From the human T2T-CHM13v2.0 reference genome, Homo sapiens: 64,000 nt of DNA. The position numbers were made by a program, and so were the translations under genes. Positions 15,843 to 30,300 of this stretch are shown here, one piece after another. Below the pieces are notes generated by a model that searched no databases, had not been told where the DNA came from, and saw only the letters and a program-made list of their open reading frames with translations. Positions within the stretch are counted from its first letter, which is position 1, and every line of letters begins with the position of its first letter. Location: the NCBI RefSeq assembly GCF_009914755.1, contig NC_060932.1, one strand, 5' to 3'.

Positions 15843-16835
15843 ATTCTTTTGTGCACCAAAGGACACTATCAAGAAAGTGAATGACAACTCATGGAATAGG
15901 AGAAAATATTTTCAAATCACATGTTTGAGAAGGAGCCAGTATCCTGAATATATAAAGAACTCTTACAGCTCAACAATAAAATGACAAATAATGCAACTAA
16001 AAAATGGGCAAAGGATTTAAATAGACACTTCCTCAAAGAAGATATACAAATGAGCAATAAGCACATGAAAAGATGCTCAAAATCACTAATCATTAAGGAA
16101 ATGCAAATCAAAACCACAATGAGATACCTCTTCACACCCATAGGATGACTAGAATTTTTTTAAAACAGAAAATCCCAAGTGTTGGCGAGGAATTGACACC
16201 TTCACAGATTACCAGTGGAAATGTAAAATGGTGCAACCACTATGGAAAACAGTTTGGCAGTTCCTCAAAAACTTAAAGAAACAATTACCATATGACCCAG
16301 AAATTCTGTTCTTAGTTGTATACCCAAGAGAATTAAAAACATATGTCACACAGTGAAACTGTGCACAAATACTAACAGTGTCATTGTTTGTAATAGCCAA
16401 AAAGTGAGACAATCCAAACGTCCACTAACTGACTAATGAATTTTAAAATGTGATATAGCCATACAATGGAATAGTCAAGCTGTAAAAAGGAATGAAGTAT
16501 TGATACATGCTATCACATAGAGGAACTTTAAAAACATTATGCTAACAGACAAAAACAGACACAAAAGCCACATATTGTATGATTCTATTTATGTTAAATT
16601 CCCAGAATAGACAAACCTATAGAGACAGAAAGTAGATTAGTGGTTGCCAGTGAATGGGGAGAAACAGGAACTGGGAGACATGAGATTTCTTCTTGGGATA
16701 ATAGAAAAGTTCTGGAATTAGATAGTGGTGCTGGTTGTACAACACTTTGAATGTACTAAAAACCACTGGACCCTGCACTTTTAAATGGTTAAAATGGTGA
16801 ATTGTATGTTATATGAATTTTATCTCAGTAAAAAA
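15843..16835 (+). mobile_element. L1MB 3' region (ORF2 end plus 3'UTR)
   Basis: aaggacactatcaagaaagtga...gaaatgcaaatcaaaaccacaatgagatacc...gacagaaagtagattagtggttgcc...tatctcagtaaaaaa. Confidence 0.88.
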
Positions 16836-17462
16836 TGCAAACAAATTGCCAGTTGACTTTAGCTCTACCCTTGAAATAAGACAATCAGAGAATCCACAAA
16901 GTCTAAACAATTCTTTTTGCCCTTGTCTTTGCAAAAGTCAAATACTTTCACATAGGATGAGAATTCTATATCATTTTGAGATCAACAATATTTATTCTAT
17001 GCCAATGAAAAACTCAGGCACCATGAAAACCCCATTTAAGTAAATAACTAAAGAAGTAGAGGAAATATTAGCATGCATTTGCTTTGTGAATATATTCCTA
17101 AACTTTGGGAGAAAGAAAATGACAAGGCATTCTCCTACAATGGAAGCCTCTTCACATTTACAAGAGTATCCTCAAATTCTCAAATTTAAAACTCTTTGAA
17201 AGTGCTGGTAGAAAGTAGGATGGAATAAAAATCCAAACTGCCAACTCTCTTTTCTCTGCCTCTGTATCTTCTAGAAATAAAGCTAAGCTTTGGTCATGGA
17301 GGCACTTTGGAATTCTTTTGAATTTTACTCTTCTTTGGACTGAAATTATTTACATTTTTATTTGGAATATTGAGCACAGTGAATTTCCACCATGCACGAA
17401 GTTCCTGTTTGATCCCCCAAGAAGGCTGGTTTTATTTCTGTTTTTCTTCATACAAGAAAGTA

Positions 17463-17976
<514 letters not shown>

Positions 17977-18043
17977 TTAACTCTTGAATGGCTCTGCTCC
18001 TAAACATCTGTCTGATTGTGGCCTAACCACAGAAGCTCTCCAG

Positions 18044-18397
18044 CAGGACCAGCTACATAATTTGTAGGGTTCAATAAAAAATGAATGTCACATTCCTTGT
18101 TCAAAAATTATTCAGGGTCCGATGTGGTAGCTCACACCTGTAACCCCAGCACTTTGAGAGGCCTAGGTGGGTGAATCACCTGAGGTCAGGGGTTTGAGAC
18201 CAACCTGGGCAACATGGCAAAACCCCATCTCTACCAAAAAATACAAAAATTAGCAGGGCATGATGGTGCACACCTGTAGTCCTAGCTACTCAGGAGGGTG
18301 AGGCATGAGAATCCCTTGAGCCCAGGAGGCGGAGTTTGCAGTGAGCCAAGATCACACCACTGCTCTCCAGCCTAGGTGACAGAGTGAGACCCTGCCT

Positions 18398-18431
<34 letters not shown>

Positions 18432-18475
18432 ATTCAGAATTTCAAGAAGACAACAGCAAAAGATAAACCTAGCAG
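18044..18475. mobile_element. MER91A-like hAT-Tip100 element split by an Alu
   Basis: caggaccagctacataatttg...ccttgttcaaaaattatt | Alu | aaaattattcagaatttcaagaagacaacagca. Confidence 0.7.
18116..18429 (+). mobile_element. Alu (AluJ/early S) with TSD
   Basis: Alu dimer with a long pure poly-A tail; TSD aaaaattattcag on both sides. Confidence 0.95.
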
Positions 18476-19423
18476 CTGCAACGTTGTCGCATGCCCACAG
18501 TGTGCTGGAAAGAGTTTGATCAAACAACTCCTCCCGGCTCCTGGCTCCGGGCTTTACCACCTACTTACTGTGATTAGGGGCAAGTTATTTAACCTTCCAG
18601 AACCTCGCTTGTCTCAGGCGAAACATGAGGCTAAGGTTCCCCATCTCTCTCATGGCTGCAAGGATTTACTTTTTGAAGTCTCAAGCTTGCATACTATCGT
18701 TTAACATGTTTTTAATTTTTCTATGGAAAAGGAGGTGCCACATCTAGAACGGGGTGTGAGTGGCAGGAAAGCCATTTGGTGAATTAAATATGGGTCCTTC
18801 AAAGCTCAAGGAAGGGGGCCGAGAGGAGCTGCTCTTGCTTTCGTCTCCAGCCTGATACACTTTGCCTCGCTCTGTTTTTATTAGCTCGTCTCCTCAGTAC
18901 ATCAGTGGCAAGGGTGATGAAACCGGTGGCAGATTTAACTGCCAGGCAGCTGGGTCACCGTCCCGTGGGTCTTGTTGTCACGCTGCGATCTTAAAGTGAC
19001 CACGCTGCTTGGGCTGCTGCCTTCCAGAAGGCTCAGAGAGCGACCACTGAATAGTTAATCGGTGGAAAAGGGAAGACAGGAGCTGTTGCTTGCAGAAAAT
19101 ACAGAGAAGCTGCTCTGAAAAATCCCAAGGTGGCTGAATATCAAGAACATGGTTCCTGCTGTGGGCAGCTGTGTGTGCAGTGGGCAGCCCGAGGGCTGAA
19201 AATCAAATCTCCAGCACCGGTTGGTGCCTCTCCCCATAGGGCTTTGGCAATGGGGGCAGAAAGCTTAAACACTACAAGATGAAGAAACTCTCAATGCTAG
19301 TGGCTGAGGGTCATCGTTTACCATTGTCTTTTTTATTGTTAGGAGTAGCAGTGAATAGTAATTTTTAAAGAAAAAGAAAATAAAAAGAGTGAGAAGGAGA
19401 GAGAAAACAGGATGACTTATTTA

Positions 19424-19630
<207 letters not shown>

Positions 19631-22600
19631 TCAGATCTGGGGAATTTCAACCTGCCCTGCCTGTGAAGGAACACTGCTGACCCTCTGCAATTTGCAAATT
19701 TGGATGTTTTCAATCTCAAGCCCAGCACCCGCTTCCCCATCACTGTGGGGGATTGTTAAGTGGTTCACAAGGTGGGCTTTGGTTTGTACACTGGCCCCCG
19801 GAGTTTGTAGAGCACTCGTTCTGGAAAATTTTTTTAAAAAGGCTTCAAATGCAGCAGTGACCCCTGCTGTACAGAAAGTCTTGCTCCAGGGTTAAAAATG
19901 GCAGGACCCGGCCCCAGAATCCCAGGGCGTCTCGTCTGTGTGGCTCTCCACTGGCCCCAGACACCTTCATGCTCATACGTGAAGGTGGCCTGATATATTC
20001 AACTAATGTTTACAAAATCAGAAAATGATATGTTATCTTCCAAAGACAAAGTCCATCTGTGCAGGTATATGCCAGAGTTTTTATGATTAATAAGAAGTGT
20101 GAATATCCTCTCAGTTCATGTATAGATTATTCAGAGAAACATGAAAGCACAGAATCATGGTCTGAGGTTAGCATTTGTCATATATATTTCTTGAAGCCAA
20201 TATTCTCTCTTAAATGGCCTATCTGTGCAATTTTAAAATTGGGCATCTTTCATCAGGCAACTACGTTAACCAAGAAAAATGGCAGAAGTGGCCTTTTCAG
20301 CAACTCACCTAGTTAATGTTTGAAAATTTGTTTCAAAATACAGTAAGTTTTTCATTTATTTCACTTGCAGAGTCCTTTCCCTTAAAAAAAAAAAAAATCC
20401 AGCTTTTGCAGTGTTAAAGTCCCAGGTGAGCTAGGCCTATTTCCCTTTCTGTTACTATGACAACGAAATTTTACCGCAGTCCCAAAGTCCCTTCAGAACT
20501 CTCACATCCATGTCTTGAATTAGAACTTTAAAGGAAAAGATATACATTTTCCTCAGGATTTACAAACAAAAATAAGTAGAAATCAACAATGCTTCCAAAA
20601 ATTCTATTCTAAAGCAATGGTTGGTGAAATGTTCTCATTGCGACGTTCTGATTTTTATTTTTTGTTTAACAATCACACAAAAGAATTAGATAGCTCTCCA
20701 ATTAAATGTATTTATCACTTTAAAAAACTGATGAGTAGATAAACAGTAAATGATAAAGGAGGAGAGAAGGGGAATTGGCTTTTCAGAGTATTTTCTGTGT
20801 TTGAGGCTCTTTTACTCTGTTTGCTGGAAATATTTGGCCACATGCTCCCATGAATAAGGTTGAGTGTGAATTTGAAAGCAACAGCTAAATATTTTTTTCA
20901 TGATTTTATAACATCTGCTTTTCACTTCTCTCTTTCAATCTTTTATAGGGTGGGTGGGAGGTTGGGCTTTGCTTCCTGTGCCCCGGAGGTGTTGGGGTCT
21001 TTATGGAAGAGACCTGCGGAAGGATAAGGCAGAGAAAATGTTGTGCGTGGCTGTCCGACCTCAGTGTTCAAATTCACAACCTGCCGCTGCTTTCTGAACG
21101 GCAGTAGCATCTCTGCCCGGGTCGTCAGAGTGCGTTAGAAAGGAGAATTGCTTTTATGTAAGTAAAGACTGATCAGAATTCAAACATTTTATTTCTTGAA
21201 GGGTAAACATCCCCTCCGTTTGTACACTCGTAGCAGAGTCAGCCACGGACACTCACAATGCTTGCAAATATTGCCTTTTCCCACTTGTGTGTGTTTCTGA
21301 ACAATAGCCCCCGCTGCACCCCACACTGGCCCTCAACCACTCCCAGCGGCAATTTACGACTTACATTTTTCCCCTGCTAAACCCAAATGGAGGGCTTTTT
21401 CTCATTTAGTCCTTGATTTCTGGAAAGTTTTGCCACAACTGTGCTCCTTGTAATGTGTTCTGTGTGTGTTAGACTACCCCCACTCCCCGCTCCAAAATGT
21501 ATCTGGTGAAAACATTAATGTTCATGAAGGCATTATTATATGAATGGTGTGGTAGGTGGAAAAGTGCAAAAGAGATAAATGTTTACATAAAATCAAATTG
21601 ATTTAGGGAAACATGGAGCCTGCTGAAAGGCTTTATTCATTTTAAATTGGGACCCTTAACAGTGATTTGGATGGAAAACACCTAGTTTGACTCTTTGCTT
21701 GTCTGGGGGGCTGAATTTGTAACCTACACAGCCCCGTGCACTCTGAGGACTTAGCACTGGGTTCACGAAGGAGAAGGGGAGGTTAAGTGGGAGGAGGAAG
21801 AGGGAGGTGAGTGAGAGAAGACAGAGGCAGAAAGTTCTCTTGCATTACATAATATCTTCTAAAAGAAGGTATTGCTACTTCTAAATGGCTTGCACCAGAA
21901 ATTATGGCCTGGATTTTTTAATATATGGATCTAAAAATTAATTAAAAGAAATTCTGGGGCTTACTGACATCTCCATTTTTTTTTCCTCTTACTTTAACTG
22001 GTGTCTTCTGGTTCTCCGCCCTCCACCCTCTCCATCCACCATGCTCAGGGTCTTGATACAAAACCTTCACTAATCATACCATCCATTTAGCCACGGGGTA
22101 ACTTACAGGGAACAAATTCTCTCCAAATCCCCTGGGTCTAGATCCCTCCTGAAGCCAGAGCTGCCTGGAAAATGTCGGCACTCTCCACTAAGAAACGGGA
22201 AACCCAGATAAATTATGAGATTCAGACCAAATGTGCAGATTATCAGGATGAAATCTATTTCCACTTTCTCCAAACAATGTTGACAACGTGAATATCATAA
22301 CCACGGTGCATGCTACACACGACAAAGCTTCTGATCCCATTCCTTAAGAGCGAACACTAACAATCACAGGTTTATCCTCATGTTACAGGATGAAGAGGAT
22401 CGGAAAGAGGAGTCAACATGGCAACTCAAACCTTCAGATGGCAATCCGGTCCCTAGGTCAGTGGGGCAGGAGAATGTACCAGAGCATTCCTTTACTCTAC
22501 AGATCCATTGGAAATGCCCCAAGGGTTAGCCTTGATCTGTGGCTACCAACTGACCACAGGACCAAGTTACCTCACATTCATTCTCTCTTAACGAAGGAGT

Positions 22601-23089
22601 TGAATGGGATCTGTAGGGTTCTTTCTAACATTAATATTTTATGACTGCAAAGAAAAATGTACAGAGTTGAGAACCTTCCTTCCAAAAAGGGTTACAGTGG
22701 GGAAAGAAACCACTGAAAACAAGAGACCATGACTTATTGAAACCTGAGTGGGTGTGGCAGAGGTGGGAGTGAGGGTTTCTGAGATGTAGGTGAAACCCAC
22801 TGAGATAAAACTGTGAAAAATAAATAAGTGGGGACAGCTGACTGGTGGGAAATAGGACATCCAGGGTGACGCCGTGCCCAGAGTGGGCGGTGCCCTGAGG
22901 CTGATGGGCAGATTGTTGGGTGAGTTGCACTGTCCCTTTAGGACCCTTTCTCTCTGCTTCTGAGGCAGGGAGGGTGCTTCAGGAATATCACAGATCAGAG
23001 CCACCTACATAACTTCTAACAATCCTGCACGGTCCAGCAGCTGAAGGGTACAGGGGTCACGGAGTGGAGGGAAACACAGTTTGCTGAGT

Positions 23090-23260
23090 AGCCACTCTGC
23101 CCAATACACAACACTGTATTTCATTCTCACAACAACCCCATGGGTGACGAATCATCCTACGGCTGGGAAAAACGAAGGCCTCAAGAATTTAAGAAACTTG
23201 CCAAAGATCATAAGCTTGTAAGTGGTGAACACAAGGATTGGAGCCTGGATCTTTGTGGCA
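23090..23260 (-). mobile_element. MIR
   Basis: cattctcacaacaacccc...aacttgccaaagatcata...gtaagtgg. Confidence 0.6.
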
Positions 23261-23442
23261 ACAAGCTCCATGTGGTGTTGCATGTTTCCTGCACCAATGA
23301 CACTGTGAAGATTGCTGCACAGCTGGGTGAATATACTAGAAACCATCGCATTATACACTTTGAATGGGTTTCCTTTGTAATATGTAAGTTATATCTCAAT
23401 ACACCTGTTATTAAAAAAACACTTCAAAATGGTCTAAAAATG

Positions 23443-23443
<1 letters not shown>

Positions 23444-23483
<40 letters not shown>
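23444..23483. repeat. (CA)n microsatellite
   Basis: Direct reading. Confidence 0.95.
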
Positions 23484-23484
<1 letters not shown>

Positions 23485-24143
23485 CAGGAAGAATAAATCA
23501 GGAGAAAAAAAAAGTGAAAGATTCTTGCTTCTTGAAGAGACTGCAGTGTCCCAAGTTGAAATCAGTAGTCAAAGATAGACATATGGAAACATGGAACTAA
23601 ATGCTTAATATGGAAAACTGCTGAATTCATTTATTTACTCATTTGATCAATATGTATTGTGCTCTGTGTGCCAGAAAGTTCAGGCACAGTGGCAAGCAAA
23701 GTCCTTGGCCCCAAGGATCCCCCGACCAAACTATTCAAATACATTTCTCCAGATTCTGAAATGAGTCTGGAGACCCCTGAATCTATTACTGAATACCCTC
23801 CTTTCCAATCTCTAACATACTGGAATATCCTGTACTATTCAGGAATACAGTAAAAGTGTGTAGGTGGCTTCCACATGTCTTCCGCCATCCCACCCATCTC
23901 AAACGAGATGCACAAATACAGTGCAGAGTTAAGGTTCCGTGGTGGGGACAGGAGGCTTGAAATCACAGGAAAGGTAACTACTTAATATTCTTGCCAGACT
24001 CTGGAATTCTCATCAATGGTCTATCACAAAACCCAGCACAATATTTCTCCAGGATTTATGGAAGAGGCCATTCAATTTACCTCCAAATTGGAATACAAGA
24101 TCTAGTTCCTCCTTAAAATTTTTAATACAAAAGAAGTCCATAA

Positions 24144-24473
<330 letters not shown>

Positions 24474-26019
24474 TTAACAGCTACCATTATACAGAACCTG
24501 TCTGTATACAAAATAATATGCAAAATGCCTTTCACTCTGAAAACTTAGTTCCTTACTCCCTTAAAAAAGAATCTAATTCTGCCTACCCTGGAAACAACTT
24601 CTGCTATGATAATGGCCACATTTTATACATCACAGGGATGAGAACACCCCAGGCTCTCCAAAGACCAAGAGAGGGGATGCTGTATCTGGTTCTCTTTCTC
24701 TGCCATGATGGTCACATAAGCAGGCTAGGTCACTAAAGGCTGAGTCAAACGTACAGTTGATATGGCCTCACAGACCACATAGGGACTTAAACACGTGTGT
24801 TCATTGATTTTGCAGAAGACACTTTCTGTCTGGATTAGCTGTTAAACCTCCTTGTTTTTAGCCCAATAAATTAAAATACAATTGAGTTTCATTGTTTGTG
24901 CATGCCTCTGAAAAGGAGATGGCCCATTTCCCTTAAAACACTCTCATACCATTTCTGAGAACTATGCAATACAGGGACAGGCTGGGTCATAGAATCACAT
25001 TTGAAAGGAATGGGCAGTTGCCTCTCTTCTTCCAGGATCCTCTCCACAAGTTTACATCCTTTGGGCGATTAGGCAATCCAAGCTCTCACACCAGACTGAG
25101 AAGCCTACTGGGTGGCCACACCCATGAGTTCATTTTCTCACTCTGAGAATGGCCCTCATAGCAATTCACTCTGCTTCGTATGGTAAGAAAACTCGCAAGT
25201 GATTGCTTTCCACTTGAGACCAGAGAAAATCTTAACGGTGGTGTTCCAGTTGTAATCTAGATCTTAACTGGAATATCTTCTTTGACCCTTCCAACAACAG
25301 AGAATATTCTTTCCTCCTTCAAGATACCCCAGCAGAGTCTACACCCAGGCAGCCCTAGGGAAGGTGAAGGTTAGCAGTGGGACCCAGCCTTGGCCTGGAG
25401 ATGAAGTGCCCTGGATACATCTATTGGTTGTTGAGGTGTTAGCCCAGGCTACAAAGGGCCCTGAAGCTTTTAAGATCTTGTGAAGACTCTGACTAAAGTC
25501 CACAAGAATGAAAAGACTCCAGGAGGTCAAGCTCCCAATGGGCTCTTGTTACACCCTACAGTAACTTGGTGATGACGCATCTGAGAACACTTGGCTTAGT
25601 ATTTGAGATCTGCTTCGCAAGATGGTGGCTAGCACAAAAGCCCAAGAAGATTCAAGGAAAGGAAAGATGACTTAATAGTTTTGACTTACTGGCTTCTTTA
25701 GGCTTAAACGAAATGAAGTTTAAACTCATTTTTGTAAGCTGATGTTCTACCGAATCCATTTAGTTAAACAATCCCTCAAACTGTAAAAATAAACACATGA
25801 ACAGAAGAGGTATAGAATCTTTAATCTCCACAGACATTCCTAAGGCAGGGACTTATTACCATTAAGGCTTGTTCACCCAGATTATTTCAATAAAAGCCCA
25901 TTTAAGATCTGAAAAATTTAACTTTACAGAAATGTTTTAAGCAATAAATTTTCTTATTTCCAACTACACTCAACTTCTCAAATTCCTCTTGCCTAAAAGA
26001 CTATGATGAAACAGTAATT

Positions 26020-26232
26020 ATAATTAATAATAGCCTATATTCATTGAGCTTATATTATTTGCCAGGTATGATTTCATGTAATCTTCTCAACTTTGGGAGG
26101 AGGAAAATTAACATCTCCACCTTACAGAGGAGATAAACAAGATTCAGAAAGGTTAAATGACTTGCCCAAGTCAAAACAGCTAGTAAGCAGAAAAAATAAG
26201 AGTGGAAGTAGTCTGTCTGACTCTTAGCAAAA
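26020..26232 (-). mobile_element. MIR
   Basis: ccaccttacagaggag...ggttaaatgacttgcccaag. Confidence 0.7.
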
Positions 26233-26988
26233 TGCTGGTCTGTTGGGAGCTTGGCCAAGCTTTGGAAAAAAAAAAAAAGGCTGAACATGTTGCCACGCGG
26301 CACTGTTTCACAGGACAACTGCCTTACTGATCCACATGGGGGATCCTGTCATTGTCTTCCTCTTCTGCTGGAATAAGAGTGGAGTCCTTCATGTTGCAAA
26401 ATAAAACAAGCAAACAAATAAAAATGTCTACCATTCCTATCAGGGAGTGCACTCTCTAGAAGTTCTGTGACTATTTTAGAGGACGCAAAGGAAAAGATAA
26501 ATAAATCTATCAGATATTCAGAAAACAAAACTTCTCAAGAACCCAAATTGTCCAAAGAGATGGCATAGCCCAAATAGCTTCAGCCTTTTGGAAAAAAAAA
26601 AAAAAAAAAAGGTTACTCAAGTGCATGAGGAAGATTCAGGACCATTTGTCTATGAAGACGATGGGAGGGAAAAAGCTGAAAATCAAACGTGGAATGAAAG
26701 AAGTTGAATTAAATCTTGGAAAACATTTTTTGGGAATCAAGTCACCAAGGCTAAATTTTGGAAGCATTTACCCAAGGGACAGAGCAGGATCTCCATAATG
26801 GAGATTTTTAAATAGACCAGCAAGCTAATGCCTTTGGTAGCAGATAATTTCAGTCCAATATGCGGCAGCTAACTGGGGTGTCCATACCAAGCCCACGTGA
26901 TTTCATAGCTTCTACAGTGGCAATGATGATGATGATTTAATTTTTACTGTAAAAATTAGGGACTTTCAGTAACAATTAAAGACCTTAT

Positions 26989-27327
<339 letters not shown>

Positions 27328-30300
27328 CACTTTTCAAGGCCAATAGTGAGGACTAGTTATTCATGCAAAGTGTTTGGGTAAATGCCTGGTACAAAGTAAG
27401 TCTGCTTCTTCACCTTTTGCTACACATACGTATGATCCCTTCCCATGTATTGCCCCTTTCTCCCCCACCACATTTTAAAACAGCCCATTTTCCAGACAAA
27501 ATTATTCCAGAAGGAGCTGTCACGAATTTAAATCTGGTCCTCTCTGCCCTGCTTATCTCTCCAATATTAATATATACTACACTGGAAGAACTTCCCTTAA
27601 TTTTTAAGAGAGAGATAGTAAAAGAAAAAAAAACCACACATGTCATTAATCCACTCTCACAGATAGTAGGGGAGAAAACAACATCAAAAACACAAAAAAT
27701 GGTCGATGGGAGTCCTCATTCCTGTTTTCAGTAAACTCTGGCCAGCAAAAAATTCAGAGCTACCCACACAATATGCTGGCTTCTGACTGGCAACAGGCCC
27801 CATTGAGTCACTTTCTATTCCATGCTCAAGTCCCTGGAAGTGGCATTTCAGTTTGGCAAGAGCTCCTTCATCACTCAACACACTGCCTTCTGAGTAGAAT
27901 CTGCTGCATTCATTTAGACATCAGGAAGGAGCTACTTCCCCCACTATGTAAATCTGACTCCCTGACTCCATACCGATAGACTTCATTTCAAAGGAATTTC
28001 ATTATTTCCTCTGAAGGGAATGTCTCCCATAGCCCAAGTGGCAAGCAGTTGACTGTAAACGGCTGCTGAAGTGCAAAAACAAGGGGCCAATTTGATTCTC
28101 CACTTATTTCTGATTGGTAACTACAGTTTCTGAGGACCTGGGGTTAGATGTTGTGAGGTTTTTGTGTGTTTGTGGTTTGGGGTTTTTTTTTTTTTTTTAT
28201 CCCCCCTTCTATATTCAGACGCATCTTCATTCTGCTGAATTCTATTCCTCGACACCATGAGGCTCACAGGGAAAAAAATCTCTGAGGAAAAGTCCTTGTT
28301 TTTGTACTCAGATAAAAATCTGACACCATTAATGAAAATAATAATTGAACTCTTTGGGCTTGAATTGGAATGAGACACACACTAAGAGCATGTTTGTAAT
28401 TCTAATTGTTCTCACAAAATGTCTTTGGAGGGCTCCTTGCAAAGCACAAGTTTCCATCCTTTCCTTTTTGGTAAAAGAAACAACCCATGTCCTCTTCTTT
28501 GCCCTTATCCTTTCCTCTGTCTTCTCATCCAGAAAAGAAAAAAGAACTCAGCAAAACTGAATCATATTATGGACTTCCTTGAGAAAAAAATCTTTCCGTG
28601 AGACTTCAGAATCAGAATACAAATCTATTTCCCTTGCCAGTACCATGACTCTCGGGTGAAGGAGAGAAATGAAGTTATTAGTCAGCCATCAGCTTAATGG
28701 GTCCTCACCGTCCCATTTCCTCAGCACCCCTTCCCCATCCTTCCCCTCCCCCTCCCATTCTCTGCCCTCCCGGCAGAGCTCATCTATGCTAGGCTGAGCA
28801 GTGAACACCAATTACACCCAGAGCCCTTTGCTGCTGCCTGGTCCGCTGGTTTTACTGTTTTGCCAGATGGTTGAGGCCAATGTGTAAAACTCTCTACCCT
28901 ACCATTAATTCATAACTCGGTAATAACTTTCCCACGACTCCAGGAAATTGAAATGGAGTGCAAATGTGGAGATTTGGAAAGGGAATCAAGGTTGGACAAC
29001 TATTTCACACCTGCCAGAACAGATACCAGTGAGACAAAAAGAAACCCTTATTTACCCAGGCTGGAGCATTACTTTCCCTGAACTAAGGCAGAATGACGCA
29101 TCATGTAATGTTGGAGAAAGTGGCGGACAAAGTTCAGAGTGTGGGCTTCTCCTGGCATCATTTTCTCTCTGCAGTTTTCAGCTTTCTACCTATCGCAACT
29201 ATGGGTTCACTCTCCAATGACCTTGAGATTGTGCATCTATGTAATGTTATATTCTTATGACAGATTCATAGATTAGCAGATATGAGTGCATTCTCTTGCT
29301 AAGACAGGACACCATCCAATGTTTGTTAGCATCATTAAACTAAAACTGACTTTTCACCTGCTCCCATACCATATGCAGCTGCAAATTTTTAAATTAAACT
29401 ATGAAGCCATGCATAAATTTACATATATTACAGACTAGCCTCTCCATTTAACATGCAAATGTACTCCAATGTTTCAGAACACCTTCTGTCGCTAATTAAT
29501 TTGCTGAATTATAATTAGACTAATCCTGCATAATTAATAAGCACAGATTTTTTTTTAATTTGTAAGCAGCTTGAGGAGATCATTCACTTCCTTCTATAAA
29601 CTGCTAAGTAAGTGTTAAAAAAAATCTGGAAAGAACATGTGTGAAAAGGTATGTTTGATGTCGCATACAAACTCAAACTAGCGTGGAAGATACAGAAGTC
29701 AGTATTGATAAAGGTACATATTTGAAGCCAACATTCAAACAATCAAAAAAAAATCATATCCAGAGGATGGGGTCTAATTCTCCCTTTGTCTCCTTATATA
29801 TAACGTTTTATTCTTTGCCTTCTATCCGTCGGATCTTCCAAGATCACAGAGGCGGGAAAGGATTAAAGTAACCGTATGTTGTATTAGGAGAGATAATGAT
29901 ATTAACACTCCACTGTATATCAAAACACTCTGTGCATGCTGGGTGCTTATAAGCTCCTTTGATGGTATTTGGAATCATTTTCATTTTGGCTGCCAAAAAC
30001 ACCCGAGATCCATCTAGTGGAAACAATTAAGTTCCATTAGGACTGTATCCATTCGGTAATTATTACAATGAAGGGTCCCTCTTTCATGCTGGAGAGTGGA
30101 GTCTCAAAGAAAAGTATGCATCTGTGCACTGAAAAATGTGAAAACTATAGAGTTTTCCAACCAAGCATCAAGCTTCATTTTGACTCCCAAAAATAAACCA
30201 GGATCAGCAGAGCTCAAGGTTTGGGTAGGTCACTTGTTAGAAAATTCAGAGCAGGGTGGGAATCTGGAAGGGCAAGGGAAGCTTAGTGGTCATGCAAGTT

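Noticed and set aside
15917-16412. ORFs with L1-like peptide text
   Set aside because: Antisense translation of a decayed L1MB.
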